A stretch of DNA of 64,000 nt from NCBI GenBank assembly GCA_051294905.1, contig CM119377.1, positions 10,044,001 to 10,108,000 of the forward strand, in the 5' to 3' direction. Source of the DNA: Botryllus schlosseri. Its lineage: Eukaryota. Shown here one piece after another: positions 50,601-62,200 of the stretch (the stretch's first letter is position 1; the number at the start of each line of letters is the position of its first letter). Below the pieces are notes generated by a model that did not search any database, was not told the DNA's origin, and was given only the letters and a program-made list of their open reading frames with translations. A program made the position numbers and the translations under genes.

Positions 50601-53600
50601 ACGCGTCGGAGAATTTAGAATTTATAGAATTTAGAACTCCACAAATCAAACATATGAAGTATTAGCATATATACATTACATATACATATACATTATCAGA
50701 TTGGGAAAATATGCAGATTACATGAGAGGCAGTGGAATGTTATTGTTTGGGAAATTTTCCAAAATATTTGGAGTCACAGAATCCAGGATATAAACTTTAC
50801 CTAGATAATTCTATTCAAATACGTCGGGACCGATTAATAGCACTACGGTGAATATCTAGGATCCAGCAGGAGTATTCACTGACGAGGAACTTACCTTGAT
50901 AACTTTTTCAGATCAACTGCAGTGACTTGTTCGCCGTATATCCCAACAGAGAGAACTCCAGACGAAATATATATCCAAATGAAACAGTACAATCGCCTAA
51001 TTATATAGTGGCAATTTCATCTGTAAACATTTCCTGGGTATTTATTGTCAACACACGTGTGTAACCAGCAAGCAAAGTGACTTACATTCGATTATAAATG
51101 GAAATTTCTAGGAGAATAACACAGCCGAGGAATAGAAACGGTGTAGTCTACTACGGCTTTGAATAATTCGAATGCGCTACACCCGTTTACATTTCAAAGT
51201 AGGCACACAACGTAGAAAATTCAACAAGGACTTTCAAGGGCGCACTCCAGCTTCTCAAGAAAGTGACAATAAATTTTACGAACGCTGATGAAATTCGTTT
51301 CAATAAAACATCTGCGTCACCTATTTGTGGCGGCAAAATCAAACACTTCCGATTTCGAGACAAACGAACATTACTCAATAATTATATAGGCCTAGTCGCA
51401 CGGTACAGTTGAAAGAATTTAAACTTGGTAGCAACGCAAGCCATTTATTTGAAGACATCGAAAATCAATTCCATCAGACCAAATCCGACATCAATGCAAG
51501 AAAACTGTTTCAGCCTACTCTCGTAAAGACACCTTTCTAAAAACATGCAAGCGGCTCACAAGTCGTGCTGTGGAACACGTAAAGATGCGCTTCGTCTACC
51601 ATATTCTCAAACCAAACTTGTAAGCAGCAACTGATGAATAATACTATAGCGTTGGCCTGAATCCCTCCGGTTTCTCAAAATTGAACAGTTACAAAGTCAC
51701 ACGAACTATATGCGACAAGTCTAATTATAAGCAGAGTATATGTTACTTTAACGTATTTTCGATATATTTCCACGTTCGCTGTGGTTACGAAAGAATGGCG
51801 GGCGTCGTTACGATCAATTTAACATTCAGCAGGCATGAAGGTCGGTTGAGTAATGTTGAAAAGCAAAGTCATATAATTCCGCTCGATAGTATAGTCACAT
51901 GTGGCCAATTATGTCGTCTCAACTCAGCAAATTACAGAGTAAACCTTACTATGCGCATGCCACATGTTAATGAAATGATGTTCACGTCGTAAACATACGC
52001 TATCTTCCAAGCCGAAGGCGATTTTTAGGAATGGATTGGATACAGCTCATTAACACCTCTCACCAATTCGGCTACTACACACTGCTCTACTACTATCACT
52101 GGGCAAACGAGCATCATCGCATCGTAACCGTTAGCCAATGAAGCACAGCTAATTGGTTTTACTCCTGACTGGCTATCTCATGCATCGGCATACGACGTCC
52201 TATACGCAGAGTACCGATTACAATAACGGAGTTATCTGCATGGAAGTCGCTGGTTATTCTGAAATGCTTTGGTATTTTAAGAATGAAAATTAATTGATCA
52301 TTTCAATCTACAATTGCATTGCTTATAGTTTAGAGTACATGTCTCTGAAAGTGCCATTTTTTGAGTAATACCTGGAACGTGATGAACTAGTCTCGATGAG
52401 CTTTGCAATAAAGTTCAAGTTTAAACTGAGGGCATGTAATCCGGGTCCTGTCTCAAATTTTGCCGACATCTCGGCATGGGTTGAAACTATCCGAATTGAA
52501 GGCTTTGTAGACATAGGAGTTGACCTGAGTGAGTAACCCAATACGCTGTGGTCCAAATGATTGCAGATTTAAAGATTCGTGGGACGAATGTTTCCAAAAT
52601 CGAAATCCAGAAAATAGGTTCAATCAGATAAATAAGAACTGAACCAAAACGTTTATTCATTATAATCATATTCAGTATTCATAATCAGTATTATAATATT
52701 CATTCTATTATAATCAAATTCCGTTTTCATAATTAGTATTCTATTTACAGCCTGCTGATGTTCTGAAGACTGTCACTAGAAAATACGGTCGAACTGAATG
52801 GATTGTGGCTAAACTGAGCAGATATGGGGCAGCGGCTGACTAATGTCGGATAACTAAACCATGACTTCGTATCTTTACAGACGTTCGTGCGAGGCAAACC
52901 TACGCACGACGAAGCTGCTTCTCGCGAGTCGCAATCGCAACTGTGCTTCTTCGATTGACACTCCGGTGCTGGAGAATTTCATGTTAACGGTTCATCAGCG
53001 ACATCTATTGAATCATACCAGTAACTACTCTCAGCAACCGGTGAAAAAATATTCTTTTAAAGAACGAGAATAGGTCAAATCATGCATGTTACCCAAGTAC
53101 CTTAGTACATGCTGAAATAGTGATTGGGTGGAATGGGTTGAAATTAGTCAAATATACCAATTCTAGTGGAGATATATCTCCGTGCTGTAGATGGGTTCTG
53201 TTTTTGTGTTGCACAACCGCAGGTGATCTCGAAAAGACCCACATTACACCCCTGGGATATCTCTCCATAAGGATTGGTGTATTTGACTCATTTACACACA
53301 TTGGAAGGGTGTGGAAGTACAATATATATTACGTGAAAGTGCCATTCACCTGATTTACACCCGGCGCTATATTAGAAATCTGATAAACACACCTATTTCC
53401 TGCCCATAGATTTGTAGTGCAATTCTGACTCTTTTCGAAAAGAGACAAATCTCTTACAAACTCGTTCCCGAGTAAACAGAATTGCTTTTCAACATTCTTC
53501 TCGTTTGTATTCTGACTTCTGACTCGCTAGAATCAGTGGTGTATCTTGAAATCCCTTCACCACAATTGCCTTCAAAATTATCAAAAATGGATGATACGGC

Positions 53601-54041
53601 CCCATGAGGCGGATGCGAAGTACTCACTGATAAGGCAGAAATATCAGTCGCTAATGTGGTCTTTCGGTTCTTGCTATATCATGGAAACAGCAAAACGCAT
53701 TACGATGATCGTTTGTGTATAGCCAACTATGGAAACCAGTTATACACGAGGTATACAATATTTGATGACGAACCTAATTTTTGTCTTGGTCCCGAAATGG
53801 AATACCAAATTTCGACTTGCTCAATGCTCACGTAGGCTACAAACACCAGGGTTATCTTATGACTTTAAAAAAATCAAAATTTTCTGTGTCATGCAGTCAC
53901 AAATCTTAAACTTTTGTGTCCAGATTTGAAAATTCACAAGAGTTATTAAGACTGTTTAAATAAAAACCTTCCGCACAACTTTTTTCCAGTTTTCACTGTA
54001 TGAAGGATATAGGCTCTCTTTTGTAGATGCTGACTATATAT

Positions 54042-54046
<5 letters not shown>

Positions 54047-54072
<26 letters not shown>
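54047..54072 (+). repeat. (TA)n microsatellite
   Basis: Directly visible. Confidence 0.9.
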
Positions 54073-54242
54073 CGACTGATTTGAATTTAACTGACTCGCC
54101 AATTCCTATTGCGAAGATTTAATATTAGGTACATTGTGATTGCCCAGATTGAATTAATCCCATCGTTTTCTTGTTTACAGTCAAAAATAAATCATTATTA
54201 ATTTCGATTTTAGATGTAGACTGTAGTGTATACTAATACATC

Positions 54243-54699
54243 CAGTGGTGGCCCTACGAACGGGGGGGCCCTGGGCGAGACTTACCGGGGGTGGCCTATA
54301 AGTATCTATCCGTATCTTCTGGGGGGCTCCGCCCCCCAGACCCCCCTTTCGCATCGGTTATTATTATCTATCTTTCACCGCCGCAAAAGGTTTGCCGGAT
54401 CCTGGATTCGGCCATGTCTGTTTTGCATGTGTGCAAGGATAAACTACATCAAAACTAAGTAATTCTACCGCATGCAGAGACGTGATGATTACCGGGATAC
54501 TGACTTTTTTAACAAATGCAGTGATTTGATGATGATTGACACATCTGTACGGAGTCATATTCTTGCTTGGTACACGGATTTCCATGTTTATTCGTCATTC
54601 TCCTTGAAAAAAGTGCAAAATCCAAATAGGGGGGGGGGGCCTTCGACCAGGGGGGCCCCGGGCGACCGCCCACCTCGCCCACCCCAAAAGCCACCACTG
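54243..54699. mobile_element. hAT MITE, TIR CAGTGGTGGC, 8-bp TSD AATACATC
   Basis: TSD at 54235-54242 and 54700-54707; GC-rich subterminal blocks. Confidence 0.92.
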
Positions 54700-54839
54700 A
54701 ATACATCGTATAATTTGATTTTGCGTGACACAAATCAAACTGGGTGTTCCAAAAGGCGGAAGTAGAACAATTCAAGATATTTTCAGCGGTCTAGAAAACC
54801 GATTAGAGGAACGATGCTTGGGAAAATGTGAAAATGTCA

Positions 54840-54954
54840 TATCATACGTGACACAGCATCTGTTGATACTGGACGGCGGAATGGCGTTGTTGTAAAACTG
54901 CAAAATGCAATGATTAGCAAGGGTTTTGATAAACAACAATATATTGGTTGCCAA
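54840..54954 (+). repeat. 115-bp direct repeat, copy 1
   Basis: Identical to 56857-56971 except for one base. Confidence 0.95.
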
Positions 54955-55439
54955 CAGAGGTGGTCAAAGTAGTCAAGAAAGCTACTCAAGTAGAAGTAGA
55001 AGTAGCGACGAAAAATCTACTCAAGTACGAGTAGAAGTAGGCTACTTCTTCCATAACCAACCTAAAACTACTTGAAGTAGAAGTAGAATTGACTGACTTT
55101 AAAAGTACTCAAGTAAGTAAGTAGTTGTGAAAACGATCCTAATTTGTTCACATGGAATTTGTAAAGGTGCAAATTGAGCTATGCAGAAGGTGACGAGCTT
55201 GATTCACATTGATGCATACCAGCAGGTATCCAGTTTTCGATAGCATAAGCACTCGTTCACATAATGGGATGAAAATGATAGGATTGATATTGAAATGCGA
55301 TACTTATCCTGTTTTCTCGAACAGCACGCCTTAGAAAACAGCATGGTATGGCGCCAGTCAGTCAGGTTTATTAATATTTTCATCGTTTCAAAACATCACA
55401 AGACTGCGATACAATGAAAAGATAGGAGGGTGTCGAAAC

Positions 55440-55475
<36 letters not shown>

Positions 55476-56405
55476 CATATTATAAGGTCCGTAGTTTAGT
55501 CGAAGAGCAATACGGAGAAGTTGTATGGGATACGGTGTATACACTTTGCGCGATTAGTAAACGTTAATAAAAAATATGGTGGACCGTAAAAATGCCATAT
55601 TGTGTAGCTTTATTTTCGGAAATTAAAGGCATTGCTACACTTTCTTTTATACTTCAACATGTATGTTATCCATACAAAAGAACTGATATTAATTATACCT
55701 CAAAGTATATGATACTGGGAATTGAAAATGGAACATAAATACTAGTTCTAAAAGTGGAACACGTTTTTCATGCCTTTAGTCCAGAAAGTATCAAAGGTGG
55801 TATGCTGAAACAGCTCTGAAAATAACAAAAAATGTCAGAGTCCACTTTTCCCGGTTAGGAAGCGCCATGGACATGCTAGATTACGATATGACAAGTAAAT
55901 GCTAGATTGCGAAACATCAGTTTCAAACGTTATGATGAGCCATATATACTGCGATGAATTATTTCCTATGGGCGAAGGGCGACAATGTGGTGTTAACTCA
56001 GGGATATATAGATATCTAGTTCTAGATATCCCCGTGTGAACGGAATCACGCCAACGCGCTACCTATATTATATTCATCGATACTTTCGTGAAATCATAAT
56101 AGTAACGCCGTATCCACTGCGCGCGAAGCGCGACGAAAACTCTGGGCTTTACTCAACTTTTATGGAAATTAAATGTTGGTACTCCGTGAAAACAGTCCCA
56201 AATTCGTCAGGCTATCTTCCTGATTAGAAAATTGAACTACTTCTACTTGACAAACTGAAAATAGCGAAAAGTAAGTAAGTAGATCACAAAATATTATGAA
56301 GTAGAAGTAGCAAAAATCAGATCTACTTGAGTAGGTACCAGAAGTAGAGGAAAACTACTTGAGTACTTCGAAAAAGTAAAAGTACTTCGTTACTGACCAC
56401 CTCTG
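54955..56405. mobile_element. hAT-type element, TIR CAGAGGTGGTC, AAGTAG subterminal arrays
   Basis: cagaggtggtc / gaccacctctg; flanks gttgccaa and attgtatc do not match. Confidence 0.85.
55443..55474 (+). repeat. (TA)n microsatellite
   Basis: Directly visible. Confidence 0.9.
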
Positions 56406-56619
56406 ATTGTATCATATCAATATCTATAAATGGGTAAAGGGTAATGTATTGCATCTTATCAATTCGTTTCTCTATTCCCCATTTTGGTTGGTAACTGTAA
56501 ACTGAGGCTACGTAGGCCTATATGTGAGCGCTACAGCGCCTTCTTGGGTGTATATTTAACTCTATATTCGTTCATCGGTTCAAAATCAATGACCACTCAA
56601 TCTGTATTTCAGAAAGCTA

Positions 56620-56856
56620 GCAAAATGTAATGACGTAATCATGCCTAATACCACGAAAAGGCAACTTGACTTGAATTTTGACTTGACTCGTGAGTCGTGA
56701 CTTGACTTGACTTGACTCGACTTGACTCGAGTCACCTTCAAAAATCGAGTGACTTGACTTGAGTCATCTTCGAAAACCGATTGACTTGACTTGACTCGAT
56801 TCAAAATGTGCAATGACTCGAAATGACTCGAAGGTAGTGACTTGATCCCAAAACTG
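56620..56856 (-). mobile_element. Inverted left end of the CAGTGTTGGGAT hAT MITE family
   Basis: Reverse complement of ~17628-17860, ending gatcccaaaactg. Confidence 0.85.
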
Positions 56857-56971
56857 TATCATACGTGACACAGCATCTGTTGATACTGGACGGCGGAATG
56901 GCGTTGTTGTAAAACTGCAAAATGCAATGATTAGCAAGGGTTTTGATAAACCACAATATATTGGTTGCCAA
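56857..56971 (+). repeat. 115-bp direct repeat, copy 2
   Basis: Matches 54840-54954. Confidence 0.95.
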
Positions 56972-57630
56972 CATCATATTATCGAGTCTTAAAGCATATC
57001 TAACGTCTTCAACAAATCCAACTCTCAGCTAGGCTACAAATTTGAAGATGCCTTGGCAAAACACTACGAAAACCCCTGTAGAGTCAGATTCACAAATATA
57101 TAAACTAAAATAGTAGCCAATTCACTTGCCAATTTTTTTTCTTATCACATTATCACTCTTCACACGGAGGTTACTACCTACTATACATATGCACAATTAA
57201 AGGTAGGTGTGAATGGATAGAAATTACATAACAGATATACCAGTAAAGGAATGGATTTACTCTGCACCACATGTATACCGTCGCAACTACACGAGTCAAA
57301 CCACACCATCTGTTTCACAAGCCGATAGCCCATCGCATTGTATCACTAAATCCGCTCTGCGCTGTGATTGTCGGCTTGTTAGCGAACAATGAGTGAGGCA
57401 AATTCAACTGTGCCTTACCTAGTCATTGTTTCTCTGTGCTATCATTGTACAAAACAAAGCCGAATATTCACATTCATTGGCGAGTTTGAGTGGTTCTAGA
57501 GCTTTGACATCATTAATATTTAGATCTTAGGAAGCAGGGCGTCAATAGCATTCGGTTAATACGAGTTATTATAAATTCTGAGCTGTTAGTAATGAATTGC
57601 GGTATCACAGGTGAGGCTTAGCCCGTATAT

Positions 57631-57760
57631 TAGGGTTACCATACGTCCTCTCAAGGGGACTTGTCCTCTTTTTTAAAGTGTCCTCGGAGGACGCTCAAAT
57701 GTCCTCTTTTTTGAGATTTTGTTCTCTTTTTTGGAAAAATGTACCATTTTTACAGGATTT
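57631..57760 (+). mobile_element. Left end of a hAT element (TAGGGTTACCATA, GTCCTC repeats)
   Basis: hAT-type terminus; no matching right TIR found. Confidence 0.55.
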
Positions 57761-59126
57761 TCCTTCGGTATTGCAAGTCTGAAAATGTTACAAGTGGTAC
57801 GACGTCGTTAACCCCCACTCTACAGTACAGGCTCAGTGCGATTGCGGATCACAATGTTCTCACATTTCATATGACGCCTAGTCTCGATCTATTTTTCAGA
57901 CTCCCAACGTGAATCTCCTACTAAACGCTGAAATATATTCGACGTCTATAAAATTGATTATTCTTCTCGAGTATGTACTGCCCAGGTCATAGGTCGCAGA
58001 GTCGTAACAAAAGTCAGGAAGCAGAAAGTAGAAACACAATCGGCGAGCACACATATTTCTTAGTACAGTAATTGAAATCACAGTACGAATACACAATAAA
58101 CAAATGCAACGGGATGAAACTGAATAGAGAAAGACATATGAATATAGACACATAGACACTATATACGAGAGTGCTGGTTACAAACACGGCGAAGACACGC
58201 AAGCAGAAATGTACTATCCAAGATAAATGCATGACTGATTAATCAAATCTCTGAAATCCGGCACCAGAGGCAAGTAAGCGAATAACAGTGTGATGTAACG
58301 ATGCACCAATCATAATGCCACAGCTAGAAGGTAATTACGTTCAGGGCAAGATCGCACATTGGCGAGACGCCAGACGCATTCTGGATGGTGAAAAGCGCAA
58401 CAATTTAACAAAACAGAACTTTGAAGAAATGATGACCTGCCTCAGTGGCGTCACAGCAGGACCGTGATAGCTGTGTAACTCGCTCCAAGCCGTAATTGAA
58501 ACAAAAAATTAATGTACTACATAGATTCAAAACACGTCCGGCTCTTGGTAGGTCATGTCTAAAAATCGCATTAGAAATTGAGGAAATATTACGAATAATG
58601 GCGTTCATTTCCACTACAAAAGCACAGTATTTTCCACGAAACAAAAGACGGCTCATACGAGCAATACTGCACACGTTTGTCGAATTACACGCAAAAACGT
58701 ACACACATTGGCGAAGTCAGTAGTGCGAAAGGGTCATGCGAGTCAATTTCTTTAACTTAACATAAATTAAGAGTCATACGCACAATATAGAATTTAGTCT
58801 ATATGTACTCACAATTATGTTGGGTTATGATGAATCATGTTGGGAATCTCCAGGGGAGTGTAGGACGAAACCTTAAACACTTTCAGGCATAGCCGCCGAA
58901 ATGGATGGCGTCGAACAGTGCTGTACGTTCAAGATGAGTCCAGCGGTACAAATGCGATCAACACAGGAAAATATTGCACCCGTAAAGATAAGAGAATTGG
59001 GAATCAGCGTTCACAAAATTAGTGAAAGGAAAGGGAGCGTAGTCACAAATAAATACACGGGAACACACAAATGAAAACAGACACATTGACAGGAAATATT
59101 AGAATGCTTCCTGGGGACTGTTCTGT

Positions 59127-59262
59127 TCAATCCGTCATTATTTTGTCTTTGCCACTACAGCCATCCCCTTTCTCATTAGCATCGCTGCTTTCTGTAATAT
59201 CTGACAATTGCTGAGACCACATTCCAGCGTACACTCCGTTGAGTTTCAGCAATTCATCGTGA
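59127..59262 (-). CDS. ABCB6: ABCB6 last coding exon
   Basis: ctag acceptor; [18 protein letters not shown]...KIMTD*, TGA at 59129-59127. Confidence 0.9.
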
Positions 59263-62200
59263 CTAGAGAAAAAATATCGGTACGAAATTCAATTGAAAAT
59301 TGTGAGGAAATTGCAGTTTCGAAACTGATCTAGTTGGGGCTGAATCAAATCGGAGATATGATTTCATAGTAGAGTGTCGATTGTAATTCGCAGACAGGAA
59401 TACATATCAGTTCTATTTTTAATCCATACGGTGACGGTAATGGAAAATAGGTTTGACTACGCTTTGATCAATCAATCAATCAATCAATCAATCAGGTTTA
59501 TTAATATTTTCATCGTTTCAAAAACATCACAAGACTGCGATACAATGAAAAGATAGGAAGGTGTCGAAACCACTTGGAGTAGCCTTTAATATCAGACACC
59601 CACCTTAGCCTAGGCGAAGTAAAGAAGAGGCATGCACACTGAATGAAAAGTAATGCAGAGAATATAAGGCGCAAGCGACAAAATGAGGTGGTATGTGGCG
59701 GAGGGCGAGGTCGATGTTAGGTCGTGGTCCGGTAATCCTGAAGACTGGCTAGTATTCATTTAGAAGAAATTGCTTGTATTTCGACTTTCGACTTGATAAA
59801 AGAGAACCTGATACATTGAGCAACCATGATGCAGCTATTAGGCTCCATTGTTGGTTCCACGTCAGTCACGAACATGCATTTCGCAAAAAAAGTGTTAAAT
59901 TGTTTACTCATGTAATTTTCAAACCACGCTACTTCCAACTGTAATCGAGTAGAAATTAACGACATTATTTCCATTCAAGTAGCTGCTGCTCGATGACTAC
60001 ATCAGGGTTCGCCGGAAAAGACAGCGCGATTTTACGGAATTGTAGCGAAAATCAATGCCGACAGAAAATGCTGACACACGTTTTTTGGTGGGCACGTTTG
60101 GGACGAGAGGAACTTTTATCGGTAAATCAGCAACTGTTTTCGGGATTCAGAAGCTGGATTGTGCGCCACACCACCAAACTGTTACTATACTACCACGCCA
60201 TAATTACCTTCCCCTTTCGGCGATTTCTCCGTCTTGCAGGACGATGATGCAGCTGGCGTTCACGATTGTCGAGAGTCGATGAGCCACCACGATAGTTGTT
60301 TTTCCGCTACTAATCTTATTCAACGACTCCTGAATATGCCGTTCGGTCGTTGTATCCAACGCTGACGTTGCCTGTGCAAATGAAATTGAAAATTTGAGTT
60401 GAAGCATGAGCCTCAGCAGTATACTTATGCATGGAAAAAAATCCTCTGCCGAGTAATCAAGTAGGGTCTGTTTGCTTACTCTACGCAAACGACATTGTAT
60501 TTAGGGTTCTACGATACTATTAATTGACCAATTCCAAGTTTTCACAAGTTGCTGACAAGTAAAATGCATGGGACACTGTTGCACACAGCCTACTAAAGTT
60601 CAAGAATTTTTGGGAAGTAGACTGGCACAAAGCGTCGCGAAAGGCTCTTATGCAAATTTCACTCATAAAAATGATACAAATGCGTCTCCTTCTACTTGGC
60701 AAAAATTGCAAAAAGTAAATACTTTAAACCTCATGAGCCCCTGACGTAGTAGTGGAAGTGGTCAAAATATCACTACTTGAAAAAAGCAGCGTACGTACCA
60801 GATCCTTGTAGCCGGAGAGAGTTGTTTGAAAAGTAGCTCACGTGATTCATAAGATGGTACTCTATTAATATTGGCTGAATTCACATAATTTAACAGCAAT
60901 ACTTCGCAAAATTAAGAATTGTTGCTTCTTTGGATCACCTTTTTCAAAGTAACCATGTTGTAGGGGATTTGACAGCAGAACAGTTACACGGTAATAGCTA
61001 CGGCCGATGATACTGACTGACCCAATCAATAGGTTTCACACATCAGATACACAACATAGCTAGAGCAGTGTTATAAATGAGCTCCGGAGCTGGAGGTAAT
61101 ATATAATATAAGAGATCTTCGGATCTGGAGCTGGAGTAATTAAACATTTACGCCTGCTCCAAAGCCCTGGCGAGTATACAAAAGTAGAGGAAGCGATTTC
61201 CAGGTAAGTAATAAAGTGAGTATTCTAGATCTACTTTTGCCAAAAAATCTTAAAAGCTGTAATGTTGAAGTAGAAGTAGTTGAATATCATAACCACGCGA
61301 GTCAGCAGCGCAAGTAGACAAAACTTATTGAGTACTCCAAGGAGTTAAGCACTCGTAACCAACCTCGTCAAGCAGAAGTATATCGGGAGATTTCAATATC
61401 GTCCTTGCGATTGCGACACGCTGTTTCTCCCCGCCACTGAGTTTCAGCCCACGTTCTCCAACCATGGTGTTATATCCGTCCGGGAAGCTGACTATCTTGT
61501 CATGGACGTCGGCGGCTAGGGCCGCCTCTTCCACTTCCTTGTCTGTGGCGGTCACACGTCCATACCGGATGTTGTTTCTGTATTGACAGTTCAGAAATTG
61601 TTAGCGTGAAAGTAAACCATTACACGAGTGACGTTAGCAGCCACGTATCTCAGTGGTCACATCAGTGGTTCCTAAACCTTTTACAGCTTGTGGCACACTG
61701 CAAAAATATAAAGTGCGTGCGGCAACACTTATTACAGATGAAAAGTTGGTTTGAAACATCCTGGATGGATGTGCTTGTTAATATGAACATATATGACTGA
61801 AACTTGCATTGCATGCATTGCTCGTTAACTCCAAGCAGTCTCTCTAGTTTGCAGCTTATAATTTCAGTCAAAACGGTCAAGTCACATAGTTCACATGCTC
61901 ATAAATATGCGAATGGCGATATACGGTAATTTTGATTGCTTTTGCGCCGATTCTGTAGTAGGATTTGGGGGCGACAGCCAAAACCCAGCCACTTATTTTT
62001 TGAGGAAACAGCGTTTGAAAGAAAGGGATGTTACGGAAATGAAAGATGTCTTTTTCTACCGAAAGACTGCTTGATTCACTGCTTCCAAATAGATTAACTA
62101 CTTATTTACTTAACTACTTGGTAACAACAGCGGATTCTGAGAACAAATTTTTTAGTGCAAGCTGAAGTCCAGATCACAAAACCCTTAAAATAGGAAAACA

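Noticed and set aside
50205-50602. Overlapping 115-aa and 94-aa ORFs with ENGHYRE repeats
   Set aside because: By-product of the inverted minisatellite element
46600-54200. Many 60-86-aa ORFs in the intergenic region
   Set aside because: No recognisable motifs, no consistent splice-compatible chain, and lengths expected by chance
45228-59127. ABCB6-spectrin operon (same strand)
   Set aside because: ~14 kb of repeat-filled intergenic DNA separates them; no sign of polycistronic spacing
59756-59974. 72-aa ORF as a LINE ORF2 C-terminal zinc knuckle upstream of the retroposon tail
   Set aside because: The Cys/His pattern is incomplete; resemblance too weak without a search
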